Part shown: piece by piece, positions 25,001 through 38,899 of the stretch
Layout of the letters: each line of letters begins with the position of its first letter
Numbering within the stretch: position 1 is the first letter of the stretch
From: the human T2T-CHM13v2.0 reference genome, Homo sapiens
DNA length: 64,000 nt
Reading direction: 5' to 3' (one strand)
Assembly (NCBI RefSeq): GCF_009914755.1
Contig: NC_060937.1
Notes under the pieces: model-generated
Told to the model about the DNA's origin: nothing
The model's database searches: none
Seen by the model: the letters and a program-made list of their open reading frames with translations, nothing else
Translations under genes and position numbers: made by a program

Positions 25001-27229
25001 CTTTCCTCTTGGAAGATCCACCTTTGTATGGGGAAATCTTGGTCAATGGCATTCCAGCAGAGCAGTTTACTCAAAGGGACATCTTGGAGGGCTCTGTTGT
25101 ATATACCCACACCAGTGGTGAGATAGGCCTATTGCCTAAAGCGGATTCTTTTAACCTGAGTCTGTCAGATATGTCTCAAGAATGGAGAATTGGTGGCAAT
25201 ACTATCCAAGGAGTTACTATATGGGTGACCATCCTGCCTGTTGATAGCCAGGCCCCAGAAATCTTTGTAGGTGAACAGTTGATAGTAATGGAAGGTGATA
25301 AAAGTGTTATAACATCAGTGCATATAAGTGCTGAAGATGTCGACTCCCTGAATGATGACATCTTGTGCACTATAGTTATTCAGCCTACTTCAGGTTATGT
25401 TGAAAACATTTCTCCAGCACCAGGCTCTGAGAAATCAAGAGCAGGGATTGCCATAAGTGCTTTCAACTTGAAAGATCTCAGGCAGGGCCACATAAACTAT
25501 GTCCAGAGTGTCCATAAAGGGGTGGAACCTGTGGAGGACCGATTTGTATTTCGTTGTTCTGATGGCATTAACTTTTCAGAGAGACAGTTCTTCCCCATTG
25601 TAATCATTCCCACCAATGATGAACAGCCAGAGATGTTTATGAGAGAATTTATGGTGATGGAAGGCATGAGTCTGGTAATTGATACACCCATTCTCAATGC
25701 TGCTGATGCTGATGTTCCCCTGGATGATTTAACTTTCACTATTACCCAATTCCCCACTCATGGTCACATCATGAATCAGCTGATAAATGGCACGGTTTTG
25801 GTCGAAAGCTTCACCTTGGATCAGATCATAGAGAGTTCCAGCATTATTTATGAGCATGATGACTCCGAGACCCAGGAAGACAGTTTTGTGATTAAACTAA
25901 CAGATGGGAAGCACTCTGTGGAAAAGACGGTCCTCATTATAGTTATCCCTGTTGATGATGAGACGCCCAGAATGACTATCAATAATGGACTAGAAATAGA
26001 AATTGGGGATACCAAGATTATCAACAACAAAATATTAATGGCAACAGATTTAGATTCAGAAGACAAATCTTTGGTTTATATTATTCGTTATGGGCCAGGA
26101 CATGGCTTATTACAGAGACGAAAACCTACTGGTGCCTTTGAAAATATCACACTGGGCATGAATTTTACCCAGGATGAAGTAGACAGAAACTTAATTCAGT
26201 ATGTCCATTTGGGGCAAGAGGGCATTCGGGACCTAATTAAATTTGATGTGACTGATGGAATAAATCCCCTCATAGATCGTTACTTTTATGTGTCCATCGG
26301 GAGCATTGACATTGTCTTCCCTGATGTGATAAGTAAGGGAGTGTCCTTGAAAGAAGGTGGCAAAGTCACTCTTACAACAGACCTACTAAGCACTAGTGAC
26401 TTGAACAGTCCTGATGAAAACTTGGTTTTTACCATCACCAGGGCTCCCATGCGAGGTCACCTGGAATGCACGGATCAGCCTGGTGTGTCCATCACGTCTT
26501 TCACTCAGCTGCAACTGGCTGGAAACAAAATCTACTACATCCACACAGCTGATGATGAAGTGAAAATGGACAGTTTTGAGTTTCAAGTCACCGATGGACG
26601 TAACCCTGTCTTTCGGACATTCCGTATCTCCATTAGCGATGTGGACAATAAAAAGCCAGTGGTCACCATCCACAAGCTGGTTGTCAGTGAAAGTGAAAAC
26701 AAGCTGATTACTCCTTTTGAGCTCACTGTCGAAGACAGAGATACTCCTGACAAGCTCCTGAAATTCACTATCACCCAGGTGCCTATTCATGGCCATCTCC
26801 TATTCAACAATACCAGACCTGTCATGGTTTTTACCAAGCAAGACTTGAATGAAAACTTAATCAGCTACAAACATGATGGCACTGAGTCAAGTGAAGATAG
26901 CTTCTCCTTCACAGTGACTGATGGCACCCATACAGACTTCTATGTTTTTCCTGATACGGTGTTTGAAACAAGGAGACCCCAAGTGATGAAGATCCAGGTC
27001 TTGGCTGTTGACAACAGTGTCCCCCAAATCGCAGTGAATAAGGGGGCCTCTACACTTCGCACTCTAGCCACTGGCCACTTGGGGTTCATGATCACAAGCA
27101 AAATATTGAAAGTGGAGGACAGAGACAGCTTACACATTTCTCTTAGATTTATCGTGACAGAGGCCCCTCAACATGGATATCTTCTCAACCTGGACAAAGG
27201 CAACCACAGCATCACTCAGTTCACACAAG
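22057..27229 (+). CDS. FREM2: FREM2 coding exon 1 (aa 1-1724 + 1 nt): signal peptide, N-terminal domain, CSPG repeats 1-11 and start of 12
   Basis: Long ORF 21904-27288; first in-frame ATG at 22057 in ACCATGC context gives [38 protein letters not shown], recognised as the FREM2 N-terminus. Twelve cadherin-like linkers ([71 protein letters not shown]) and recurrent FTQxD motifs. Donor AAG|GTATGT at 27229/27230, phase 1. Confidence 0.98.
22144..22161 (+). repeat. (CTG)6 coding repeat, poly-Leu core of the signal peptide
   Basis: cggCTGCTGCTGCTGCTGCTGcttctcctg seen directly. Confidence 0.9.
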
Positions 27230-30200
27230 GTATGTTTCATGTTTCTTTTCTTGGTTATCCTTGTTTCCTGAGAATGTGGCTTCACTAAAAGCCTCACAAA
27301 CAGAGCATTAAATTAGAGTCCAAGAGAAGGAAAGGAAACAAAGGGGATGGGGAGAATATAGGGACTCACTTTCCTAGGAGGACAGCTCCCTTCTTGTCCT
27401 ACCTCCCATCTCAGTGGCCTTCATTAGAGGGAGTACCGATGTATTTTGAAAGTGGCAAGGATAGGCTGCCGAAGCAGGAGGTGAACTTTGGTGAATTAAA
27501 ATCGAAGCAGGCTTTCCAATTCTGCTCCATTTGCCATACCTATCCAACGCATCCTCTGTGTTGTATGCTGCAGGTGGTTCATGAAGCATTTTGGCACCTT
27601 AATGAAGGATGTGCTTTCTAAATACTGTTTATTCACATTGCTGTCATTATCAATTACCATTCCAAAAAAGCCTTCAAACTTAGGTTACTTTGAATAAATT
27701 TTAAGAGCATTGCTCTGACACGGTTATAGTTGTTAGGAACTTTGTAACTAAAAGATTTGTTTACATTTATTTACTTTGTTGATTTTTAAAATTGTTAATA
27801 ATATTTCATGACAGGCAAATACTCATCCAGAGACGTAATTGATAAACACCTATCTAGAGTTATAACAATGATATTTACAGGGCATGCTACTAGGATATAC
27901 ATGAAAAAGGAAAGTATACTTAAAGATGTGTAAAATAACAATATGTTCATCACCAAAATATACATCTAATTCATTATTAAGAGCATGAAGATAAGTAGAC
28001 AAGCTTAATATTAGAAGGGGGAAATTATTTCATCATTGTGAACCTCCTCTCTGACCTGTTGCAAACACAGTGACAAAAAACAGTTGCTTCAGGCACCTGC
28101 GGTCTTTAGGCAACAGGATTTTTCTAACCTGAATTTCCTTTGTGGGTGGACACAATCTGAGGCAGAAAGGACAAGTGTCCTATGCAGAGTTATTTAGTGA
28201 GGGAAGGGAGAAGCCCATTCACTATACTGGCTTGGGAGTCAGGGCTCCGTTCTGCAGAACATGCAACTTTCATTACAGTGGGATTTGGGTTGCTTTCATG
28301 AAAATCTCACCATGTCAGAATGGACACTAGATCTTTCCTATGTGGGATCCATGGGTAGAGATGGAGCTTAACCCCAGGGCATCCCAGTGGGGGTGTTCTT
28401 TTCCTGCAACTGTGTTGTACTCTTAGATAACAAATGCTTTAATAAACATGGAAGTAGCAAAATGCACTGTTAAAGTGGACTACTTCTCTGTTTGAGGTGC
28501 TGGCAAATAGCTCCACACTCCAACCTCCTGATTCTTGGCTAAAAGCCTGAATGTCTCCCAGGGCCTGCAGGGACAGGAAAACCTCAAAGTGCCAAGTGTC
28601 ATGCCAGACCAGTAGGAAACTTTTATGTGAAGGCTTTCTGAGGCTAGCGATGCCATGCCGTCTTACACTGGTTTATTTTCATGGAGAGGGAAGAGAATGA
28701 AAGGAATATATTAGATAATAGAAAATGGTTCTTCAAATTACTCCTCTGACCTGAAAAAGAAATCTGATTTAGAGATTTTTAAAAGGACTATTTTGATGAA
28801 GACAGGCAAATGATTTAATTTAAATTCTGTGGACTAAGTCCAACAGCTCACAATATTAGAATATTATTTCTGAAATTTTGAACTCTAAAAATTATGCTAT
28901 TTCATTATAGGCAGTTGTTCTTTCTCTTACTGACTTTGAGTCACCATGATTAATTTTTGTCATCTTTGTAAATGTAGAGAAGTTATGCTTATTATGTGAT
29001 GTGACTTTTTAAGAATTTTTAAGGAAAATTATCACATTCCAATATAAACCAAAATATTGACTAGGGAAGCTGTTGGTATTCAATCACATGGCACTCATTC
29101 AAACAAGTCAAGGCTAGACTTTGATCCGTAGCTGTTATTTATGGAGATTAGATAAGTGATTTAAAAAACGGAGAAAGCGCCATCAGAAAGCTACCATGGC
29201 TCTTTTTCCACTAGGAGAAATGAAAGCAGTGCTTAAGAGTGAAGACTATGCAGTCCTTTTATTTCTTTTTGTTTTTGCTTTATCATGAAGGGATAAGGTA
29301 AACCTATATTTTGATGGATTTTCAATGCATTGAATTAGGTCAGTTTAGCACAGGTAGCTAGAGAAGGTTATTCCTAAATTGATTGACTAAATGGTTCCTA
29401 GAAGAAAAAAATTAATTCCCTTCTAAAACTTATTAAATTGATGAAAAGTTAACAATGTATAATTAGGTAAATTATGGATATCATTTATTTATTTCAAACT
29501 TCACCTCTTTGCCAAGTTGCCCCTGTTCCCCTTAACCCAGATCTAAATTGCATGTCTCAAGTACCTGGATTTTTCTTCCCTACAATAAGTACGTAATGAT
29601 ATATTCTGTGGGATAATTTATAAGCCAGTTTCAGGAAAGCAGAAATGTCTTCAAAGAGTTTGAACCAGATGTGGCTGCCTGATATGTTAATGAACTTAGA
29701 ATTAAAAACAAACAAACAAAAAAATCTCATGGAATAATTTTGTAGATAAACTGAAATAAATTTAATGTATATTTAACAACTAGAAGAAAATCTAGATAAT
29801 TCTTAGATATTTGCTTTAAAAAGATTACATTTTGGCTATTAGATTATATTTCTACTACTTTTGTGTCTTAAGAAAGCTAGACGTTATTACATTTATATAT
29901 ACATAAATATGTAACGTGTGTTTATGTTATTTGTAGAGGTGCCTTTAGAATACCAGTATGATGATGAAAGTCTTTACTTACTTTTTTTAGAGGCTCTTTT
30001 TTGAACCATGAATTATTAATTAATTATATGAAAAATATAAAAGGTTTTAGTATGTTCCAACTAATCAATAACACATGCCCTAACTTGGAGGGAAAATTGG
30101 GTACCAGAGTGCCATATAGTTGCATTTATGTTTTCTTTATCTGAAAAAAGAAAAGTTCTTAAAATTCTGTTTTGAAGTGAGGATTTATTTCAATGAAACT

Positions 30201-30737
30201 ATCCCTTAACGATTACAATTTCGCTTAAGAAAACATTGATACAGATGCTGGGCATGCTAAACAGTGCCTTTTCTCCTAGTAGAGCCTTTAGATTTTCTTA
30301 TGCAATTTGAAGGGGTGGGAACATTGGAAGAGGGTCTTCTCCACATGGCCAGAGGTCATGGTTCTTGTGGTAAAGATGTGTAGTCAGCAGAGTTTACTGC
30401 ATTTTTTTACTGATAAAGTGAAGGTTATACAATTAAGAATTATAACAGTAAACAGGCAAAGAGTTGTGTAGGGGCTTCAGTTCTTACCCTGGCAGAAACA
30501 TCATACATGCAAAGGTAGAGATACAAGTGTGATCTACCTACTCAGCCTTTTCATTTTAAATTGAGAAACATTTGCGCCTTTGCTACTGTAATATCCTAAG
30601 CAAAGAGCTGTGGGAAGTTAAGATAGGAAAAAAAAATCCCAGAAGTTTTTCATCTACTGGGAAAGATAACCATACAGAAAGATAAAAGTGAAACTAGGCA
30701 GCAAGTGTGGAAAGTTATAGTAGAGTTAGAAATATGG

Positions 30738-30860
30738 GGCCTGGCTAGGTGGCTTACACCTATAATCATAGCACTTTGGGAGGCTGATGTGGGAGGATTG
30801 CTTGAGGCCAGCCTGGGCGACATAGTGAGACCCCCATATCTATATTTTGTTTTAAAAAAC
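30738..30860 (+). mobile_element. Alu left monomer (FLAM/AluJ-like) with a small internal deletion
   Basis: GCACTTTGGGAGGCTGATGTGGGAGGATTGCTTGAGG...GACATAGTGAGACCCC. Confidence 0.85.
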
Positions 30861-31495
30861 AAATGAAGTGCTAAGGGAGAATCAAGCGACTTAGGCATGT
30901 TTTACCTCCAAATACCTCTATTAGCAGGAGGGTACCATTAACTATAAAATCAGATTTTCCATTCTGCAAGTGTTCCTAATAATGAGTCACCTTTCAAAAC
31001 TTTATGAGCCAGGGTAGACCACACATTTTACATCTGTAAAGTGGAGCTATAGAAATTTGTGGCATCATTGGTCCATCCTAATGCCTTGCCTCACTTGAGA
31101 TTAACATTTCATAAAGCCATTGTCTTCTTTATAAGCCTTTGAATTCCATAGCATGAACTTACTAGAGCTTTTAGGAGATGAAAAAACCATAGAACACACA
31201 CTAGACAGATAAATATTACCTATCATTGTCATAGCTATTTTTAGCCATGATCTTGACTTTATGTAGTCTTAGAAACTCACTGATTGGCCCAGATCAATTA
31301 ATGATCTATTATGAGTATCACAGAACAAAACGATTTTTTTCTTATTATGTTGTATGTGTGGCATCATTAAGGAAAGGAACTGGTAAGATGGATGAATAAG
31401 TTTTAAAAATTGTGTCTTCATAATGAAAACAAATGTATGCATGTGAATTTGATAAAGTAGGAAACAACATAAGGAACATTTCTGAGGCAATATAA

Positions 31496-31875
<380 letters not shown>

Positions 31876-32409
31876 TGATTTTTTGAAAATATCATCTTAT
31901 TTTTTTCTCTCAAACTTTGGAGAGCTTAAAAAATAGCCTGCTACAGCACAAAAAGTAAGAAAAGTTAGCCAGTGTTGGGGAGCAAAGCTCTGTCCTCTGC
32001 GGGCCAGTTCCCTACTGGGAGGCAAAGGATGTGATTTCAAGAGTGCCAGGAAATCTGCCATGCCTCAAAATATCTTCCTTTCCACCTGTCATGGTGCCTG
32101 ACATTCCATATTTAGACAGTCATTCCTTTGGTGCATGAACATGCAAATACCACTGGGAGGGGAAACACCTTGCTATTATTATAAACTAACTCTTGCACTG
32201 TATTTATCTGTGTGAGGGATCAGGTGTCCATGGGACAGCTGAAATCTAGGGGCTTAGAGATCTGAGAAATAAGACAGCACTGTTTCTGTTAGGAGGAAAA
32301 AGGAATTTAAACATGTTTATAGGAAAACTAATAGCCAATAAAATTTACCATAATGAATCATCAATTTTACTCTGGTAATTAATCATCTTGTTTTTTGGTT
32401 ATTTTCTAG

Positions 32410-32499
32410 CTGACATTGATGACATGAAAATATGCTATGTCTTAAGAGAAGGGGCTAATGCCACAAGTGATATGTTCTATTTTGCAGTTGAAGATGGTG
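32410..32499 (+). CDS. FREM2: FREM2 coding exon 2 (90 nt, phase 1-1): (A)[29 protein letters not shown](G)
   Basis: Acceptor ttttttggttattttctag|C at 32409/32410 and donor GTG|GTAAGT at 32499/32500. Joins exon 1 in frame (FTQ-A-DID...) and continues the CSPG pattern (I.Y ... D.F.F.VEDG). Confidence 0.96.
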
Positions 32500-35400
32500 G
32501 TAAGTATTCCCCTCTCCTGGTAGTGACCGCAAGGAGAGACGCTTTTCTTGGTTGCTCTCTGATGACATTATTACAAGAAGTCTTCATCAAGTAATATTTC
32601 ATGATCACCTAAATTTAACCTGGTATTTGCTGTAGACAATTTTACAATCTCACTATGACACAATCCTACTATGTCATGGCTATAGATAAAAGTTCTAGTT
32701 ATATCACTTTTGTCTTACTATTTGTAAAGCACTAAAGAGAGAGATCTGTATAAATAGGATCTCCATGTCTAGTTGTTCAGATTACACCCTGCATGAGTTT
32801 GCCTACTTGAGTCAGTAAGAGGATGTTGGAATTCAGCTGCAGTTCCACTCATAGCCATGTGCTCACTGAGGTGTAGCTGCCCAAAGGAGCTGCTTTTTCC
32901 TGATTTGCTCATGGGTTCTGTGTGGACTAATACTGATGGAAAATGTGTTGCATTCACCAAGAAATCAGTAGTAAATTAATGTCTGTTTTATCTCACCAAT
33001 CTCAGGACTTCTAATGATTTTCTTAGTTTGGGGGATTTTGTGACCTAGTCCAGCTAAAAATTTTTCTTGGTTAAGTGTGAAGAATACTTCAGAGTATAGG
33101 ATGTGACTTCTGAGCTAAGTCTTTTGGGCGATATTATTCTCATTACTCCCCCAGAACTGCCTGCTGTTTATACTCCTTTCAGCTTTGGATCTCTTGTCTT
33201 CCTAACCCTGTGGGTGAGGAGAAAAACTGGTCACTTTCAGATTGCTCATAAAGATGTTTTTGTTCTTGCATGTTTTCTTTTGAAGCAAAAGAACCTCCCC
33301 TAGTACATGTGTTGTGTGAACAGGACACCAGAACTGAGGGTATATGTGAGAGAGCAGAGAGAGGAAGGAGAAAAATAATTCATACTCTGTTATCTGTTTC
33401 CTTATGATGCTTTTTAAAAATGGCACACTATTATGTCGTCTATCTCAAAAATACTGCATCCTTACCCTCCATGTTTTTTGAAGCATTACATAGTATTTGT
33501 TTAAAATATCAATGGACACAACATGATCACAGTTCTGAAAAATGTCAATTGTTGAGTGTGTGCCAGAGAGGCAAACAAAATGTGTTATGTTGGGTTCAAC
33601 TGTTTGATTCCTACTATGAATCAGAGAGTCAATCATGTGAGTGCCTTTATTTTTTGAGTAACCAAATCATAGTTTAGTATTCTACGTATTGATGAAAGGC
33701 ATCTTAGCATAAAACGAAGTTCTAAAAAGGAAATCAACTCATAAAAAAAACCTTCTTGAATTTTGCTGCTCAAATGGGAAATTCTATTGTAACTAACTGT
33801 AGAGTGAAACCCTGAAATAATCCAAATCTCTGTAACATATATAAAAATTTAAGGATGAAATTATTGGTTTAAAACACCATGTTTATCTCTTAGGATGACT
33901 GAGTAAACCTCAATAGCAAAAGTGTGACTTTCTGTAAAATTACCAAAAAAAGTTTCAAATTCAATGGCTGCAATTACACTAAAATATTCTATACTTTTTA
34001 ATAAAATATTTTGCTTTTTTTGCTCATACACAAACACACACACATTATTTTACCTTACCTGGGTGGAATGGTAGCATTTACTTTAAAATTTTGGTCTCTA
34101 TTCCAATTTTGGAAAACATTCTATAGTATCATATTTCAAAATATTAAGTGCAAAATATTAAGTGAAGAATGACTAGCTGAAGGGGCTCGGTTTATGTTTG
34201 AATTTGCTGAAAATGTGGCAAGGCCTCCAAAGATTGTCTTTATGGAAGTAGGAACATATCATTTTAGGAGTCTTTTTAGAGAGAGAGTTTCATGTGAGAG
34301 ATAAAAATTTCAGATTTTCTTTTTTACCCTCTTCCTCTTTACTGGCATAACATTACCTATGGAGCTCAGGCAGATTTTGGCAAGCTGTTGAATAGAATTT
34401 ACTTTAATTCCCCTGATATAAGAAAACTATCCTTTGACAGAATAAACACAGAGACCTGCAAGATTAAAAAGTCACATTGGTATCCCTAAATTGTTTTAAC
34501 CTGATTCTTAAATTTTTTTAGGATTTATGCATTGCCGTATAAATCTTCTGACATTTGAATGAGAAGTGCAATACTGTTTAAACTTAATTAACTGTAGTGA
34601 TTTATTGTCGTCTAGTCTATACAATGATAGTAGGCATATCTATAAGTCATCCCGATGAAATATGAAATGTGTGAGTATTTCACCCCTGGGAAGCAAGTCA
34701 GGGCACAATGGCATAAAATTGAGAACTCTGTATGTCCAGCTTGCTTTCCAATCTGATAAATGCATCTTCTTCAAATCAACGTGATTGATTTTATAACAGT
34801 AACTATCTAAGGAAATTAGTGGGGCAACCATCATCCATGAATAACCTTAAAAATAAAACATAATTCAATTTAAGGGATTTAGAGTAGGAGAAGAGATTGA
34901 GAAGAACAGAAGGCTCAGACCTCTTGTTTCAGATTTAATTGTGTTACCATGGGAATCTGGCTCGCCACAGGATTCTTCTGTTATGATGTAGTAATGGATT
35001 AGTGACTATCCATTACTAAAAGGACTATGCTTGGGAAAGGGTTACTACCTTTGAAGTTTTGGAGTGCTTTGGGACTTTTACCAAATGACAGAAGTAAAGA
35101 GAGCACTATCTGAGCAACAGATAACATCAGGGTCTTTACCTCAGGGGAAGTCTACTGTATTTGGACTTAATACACGTTGGTTGATATAGCACATGTCCAC
35201 ACACATACACAGATCCTTGTATCTTAGGGTTCTTTCAATTAGATTTCAAACCTTCTATGTTATTTATTGTTTCTTATGCGATTTTACCTTCATAACATCT
35301 CTGTGAGCAACAAAAACAGCAAAAAAAACTTAGTATGATTTCTATTTGGCAGATGAGGAAACTGAGTCACCAAAATAAGTAACTTTCCTCCTTCAAGCTG

Positions 35401-35699
35401 CACAGCTGGGCAACTAGAGGCTGCTTTCAATCTCAAATTCTTTCCTCAGTAATAAGCGATAACTTCCACACTTATTCAGGATAGGGATAAGAGGGGGAAC
35501 TCTTGAACTTCTCTGGGTTCTCCAGACCAACTTTCTAGGAATGTTTAATAGATGTGAGTGAAGTCAGAGTAGGATCTGCTTTTAGGATAGACAAAGAGCT
35601 TTGTGTTTTCTAAAATGTGCATTTTTATTTTAAAATACTTTAAAAGTTGTAGTGCCCTAAACTTTGTAGTACTCTTTCTTGGTATCATAGTGTAATTCT

Positions 35700-35833
35700 C
35701 TTTTTAAAAACCTTTGTTTTCGGTTCAGAGGTACATGTGGAGGTTTGTTATATAGGTAAAGTCATGTCAAGGGGGGTTGTTGTGCTGATTATTTTGTGAC
35801 CCAGGTACTAAGTCTAGTACCCAATAGTTACTT
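35700..35833 (-). mobile_element. Short 5'-truncated L1PA 3' end
   Basis: GGTTCAGAGGTACATGTG...CCCAGGTACTAAG...CCCAATAGTTA; TSD TCATAGTG(T/C)AATTCT at 35685 and 35834. Confidence 0.85.
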
Positions 35834-37275
35834 TCATAGTGCAATTCTTAAAATGATTATTTTATAATGCAATATGCTTATTGGAATATTAGTAAAGAGC
35901 ATGAAAATGTGATATCAGAATAAGGCACTCACCCAGGTGTTCTGGGCCAGTCAACATACATGAATGCATCATTACAAAGTATAAGGTCAAACTCTGAAGT
36001 TCAAGAATATATTCCCGCTGTCTGCGGCTTCATCTAATGAGCTCGTGTATATATGTAGCAACTGCCTGTGGATTTAGCTGTCTTCCATTTCTTTTGGTTT
36101 TCGTGCTTTATATCTTCACGAAGGTAACTTATAATAATACAGACCTGGGAAATACATCTTCCTTTGTTGACTGCCTCTTTGAATTGTAATTCCAGATCCA
36201 GTACTCTGGAATTTTGTTAGGGAGAAATAAAATATTTATTCTTTTATCCTCTTTGTAGTCAAACATTTTTATCTGATTCCTTCTCAGTGTTCAACTCTCT
36301 GTAATTTTTCTATAAGGTATTCTAACATGAAAGTGCTTTGTCGGGCCCTTCTAGCTCTTTATTGTGATGTGAAAGCTGGTCTCAAATAACTATTCCAGGC
36401 ATGCCCCACCCTCAACCCTAATGATTGTTAATCACTCTTCAACACCAGGCTCAAATATCATTTCCTCTCCAAAGTTGCTCCCAACATCACAATTACATAA
36501 TTAGTCTCACTCTTTTTTATGCTTTTCTCCCCAACTTTATTTACAGTAAAAATTTATATTATGATTATTTGCTAATGTGGAAACCTCCATTAGTAAGGAA
36601 GAAACTCCTTCATATCAAAAAAGGTATCATTAATCTTTGTACCTCAGTGCCAAGGCTGAGCACGAGGTAAATACTTACCGAACATTAAATAAATGAATGG
36701 ATAAACAGGAGAAAAACAATTGCTCTCTTTTGACATAAAGATCAATTAAATAGTATTATATGAAAAACTCCTATAAACAATTCCCAGTAGACCCTTTGCA
36801 TTCCTTTAGAACGTTGTTCTATCCTAGCATTAATTTAAATCCCTATGGCACCAGGAAAGTTTTTTAGTGAAGCTTTCACATTTTTAAACGCATGAAATTA
36901 ACTAAATCAACTGCTGTGAAAATTCCTTCAAAATCTTCAGTGAAATGTACTTAAGATTGAAGTATTAACCACCAGTTCAGAGCTCATATTATTCTTAAAC
37001 AAGCCTTTTCAGAAAAAAAAACTTGTCGGTTTATTATTAAAGAATTATACAATTTAAAATCTAAAAGGAAATAACCATTTCCTATAAGTCACTAAAATTT
37101 TCAAGCCAGCAGCACCACTACTGTATTTTCAGTTACCCCAGTATTTTCTTGTGTGGTATGAGATAACATTAGGACAGGTGGAGAAGTAGAAGACAATACC
37201 AGCAAAAAGTATCTCTAGTTTTCATTAAAAAGTCCTCGTGTAAACTTTTTTGTTTGTTTGTTTTAAGTCTCAAAG

Positions 37276-37390
37276 CCTCAGCATCAGATCCAGCTTGTTT
37301 CTTGATGGGCTTGAGAAAAAATTAGAATACATACCTCAGCATCAGATCCAGCTTGTTTCTTGATGGGCTTAAGAAAAAATTAGAATACAT
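37276..37390. repeat. 57-bp direct tandem duplication (1 mismatch, 1-nt spacer)
   Basis: 37276-37332 versus 37334-37390. Confidence 0.95.
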
Positions 37391-38899
37391 GATCACCTGG
37401 CTGGACATATTGAGTAGGAGGAGTCTTACATTTGTATTCATTATGAAAACCAGCTTGCTGCTTCCTTATTTGAAACCTCTCATATGACATAGGCATGCAG
37501 TCTCAGTGAGTTCTGCCTGCTGAGTTTGGCATTGAAACTGGGGCGGCAGACATAATATCTGTGTTGGCCATTATAGTGTTATCTGGGCCACAGCCAGACA
37601 TTTTTTTGCTGCTGTCTTTGATTATGCCTTTGGTGCCCAATTTTCCATCCCCCAAGATCCTTGATTCATATGCTATTGAAGGATATTATAAATAGTATCT
37701 TGACATAGTAGAAGCTGCAAAGTCATTTCTGTATATGAAATGTCATTTAAGGTCAAGGCTTTTGAATTGTTATTCCGTATTTGATGATTGACTCCTCAAA
37801 CACAAAGAGACTACCGGAAGCCTTTCATTTTTAATAGAAGGAGTACAAGTTTTTGCTTGAAAATGACCAATAACTTTGGGGTTTAAGGCAAAATAATTAC
37901 TGATAATTAGCTTGAAGTTAAATCAAGGGCTGGAAAAATATAAATAGAGTAAGTAGAAAAGAGAGGTCTGAGTACAAGCATTAAAAGATTATACAGACAT
38001 ATTCAGCTCAGAGAAAAAAGCAAGCATTCTTGGCAATAAAATTAATTGCTAGTGACATGAGAACCAGGGGGAAAGATGCTAGTGCCTTAGGGAGTTATAA
38101 TAAGATGGTGAAGTAATGTCAGGCACTGATACAAATATTTTTAATCTGTGAGAGACCACAAGGTCTACTAGAATACAGATCTTGGGAAGGAGTGTTGGCT
38201 ACTGTGGCTGAATGTTTGTAAGCCTTTCACTCTTCATTGAGCAGTTCACAATAGATCAAGTCATCAGGGTGTTTCTAGGCCAGATCCCTGCCTTTAAAAG
38301 CATGATTCTATTAAGGTACCTGTACTGTGTGCAAGAACGAAGTTAAACCTTTTAGATAGAAAAGTATAAACTCAAGTTTTTATACCTTTTAGATAGAAAA
38401 GTAAAACTCAATTTTATTTATTATTATTCTTTAGATTCATTCCAAAATTATACATTATATGAATATACTGTTTTCATTGGCTTTAGTTCCGAGAACATTT
38501 TTTTAAATTGTTAAATCTTTGGGTGACAATCAATTCTTGTTAGGAAGATTTCTAGAAATTTCACATGATTTCATATTACTCAGAACAAATGATAGTCACC
38601 TTTTAAACACTAAGCATATTTTTCATAGGTGATTAAAGTACCATAATCTCAAATCAAATATTTATTTGTGGCATATGTTAATAATTTGATAGTATCTCAA
38701 TCTGTCTCTTTACATTTGCTCTGATGGCTGGGAGAAGTGGGAAGTTATTTTCAAAGGAGAAGCACACAGTGGTAATTGGTATTATTCTGTATTTGCCAGA
38801 ACCTAAGATAATGCAACAGATAACCAGAATGCAATGTAAAAGAAGGGTCAGAGTTTCTATGGTGAATCTTATTGGCTAAAGCAAGATTCCTTGTAAATT

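Noticed and set aside
21981-27137. Many antisense and alternative-frame ORFs within exon 1
   Set aside because: Shadow ORFs caused by GC content and codon bias of the real CDS.
21904-27288. The 1794-aa ORF taken as a complete single-exon protein
   Set aside because: Starts at TTG 51 codons before the Kozak ATG and runs through a splice donor whose phase matches exon 2; the main product is spliced FREM2.
36397-36406. p53/p63 half-site AGGCATGCCC
   Set aside because: Only one half-site, with no adjacent second half-site.
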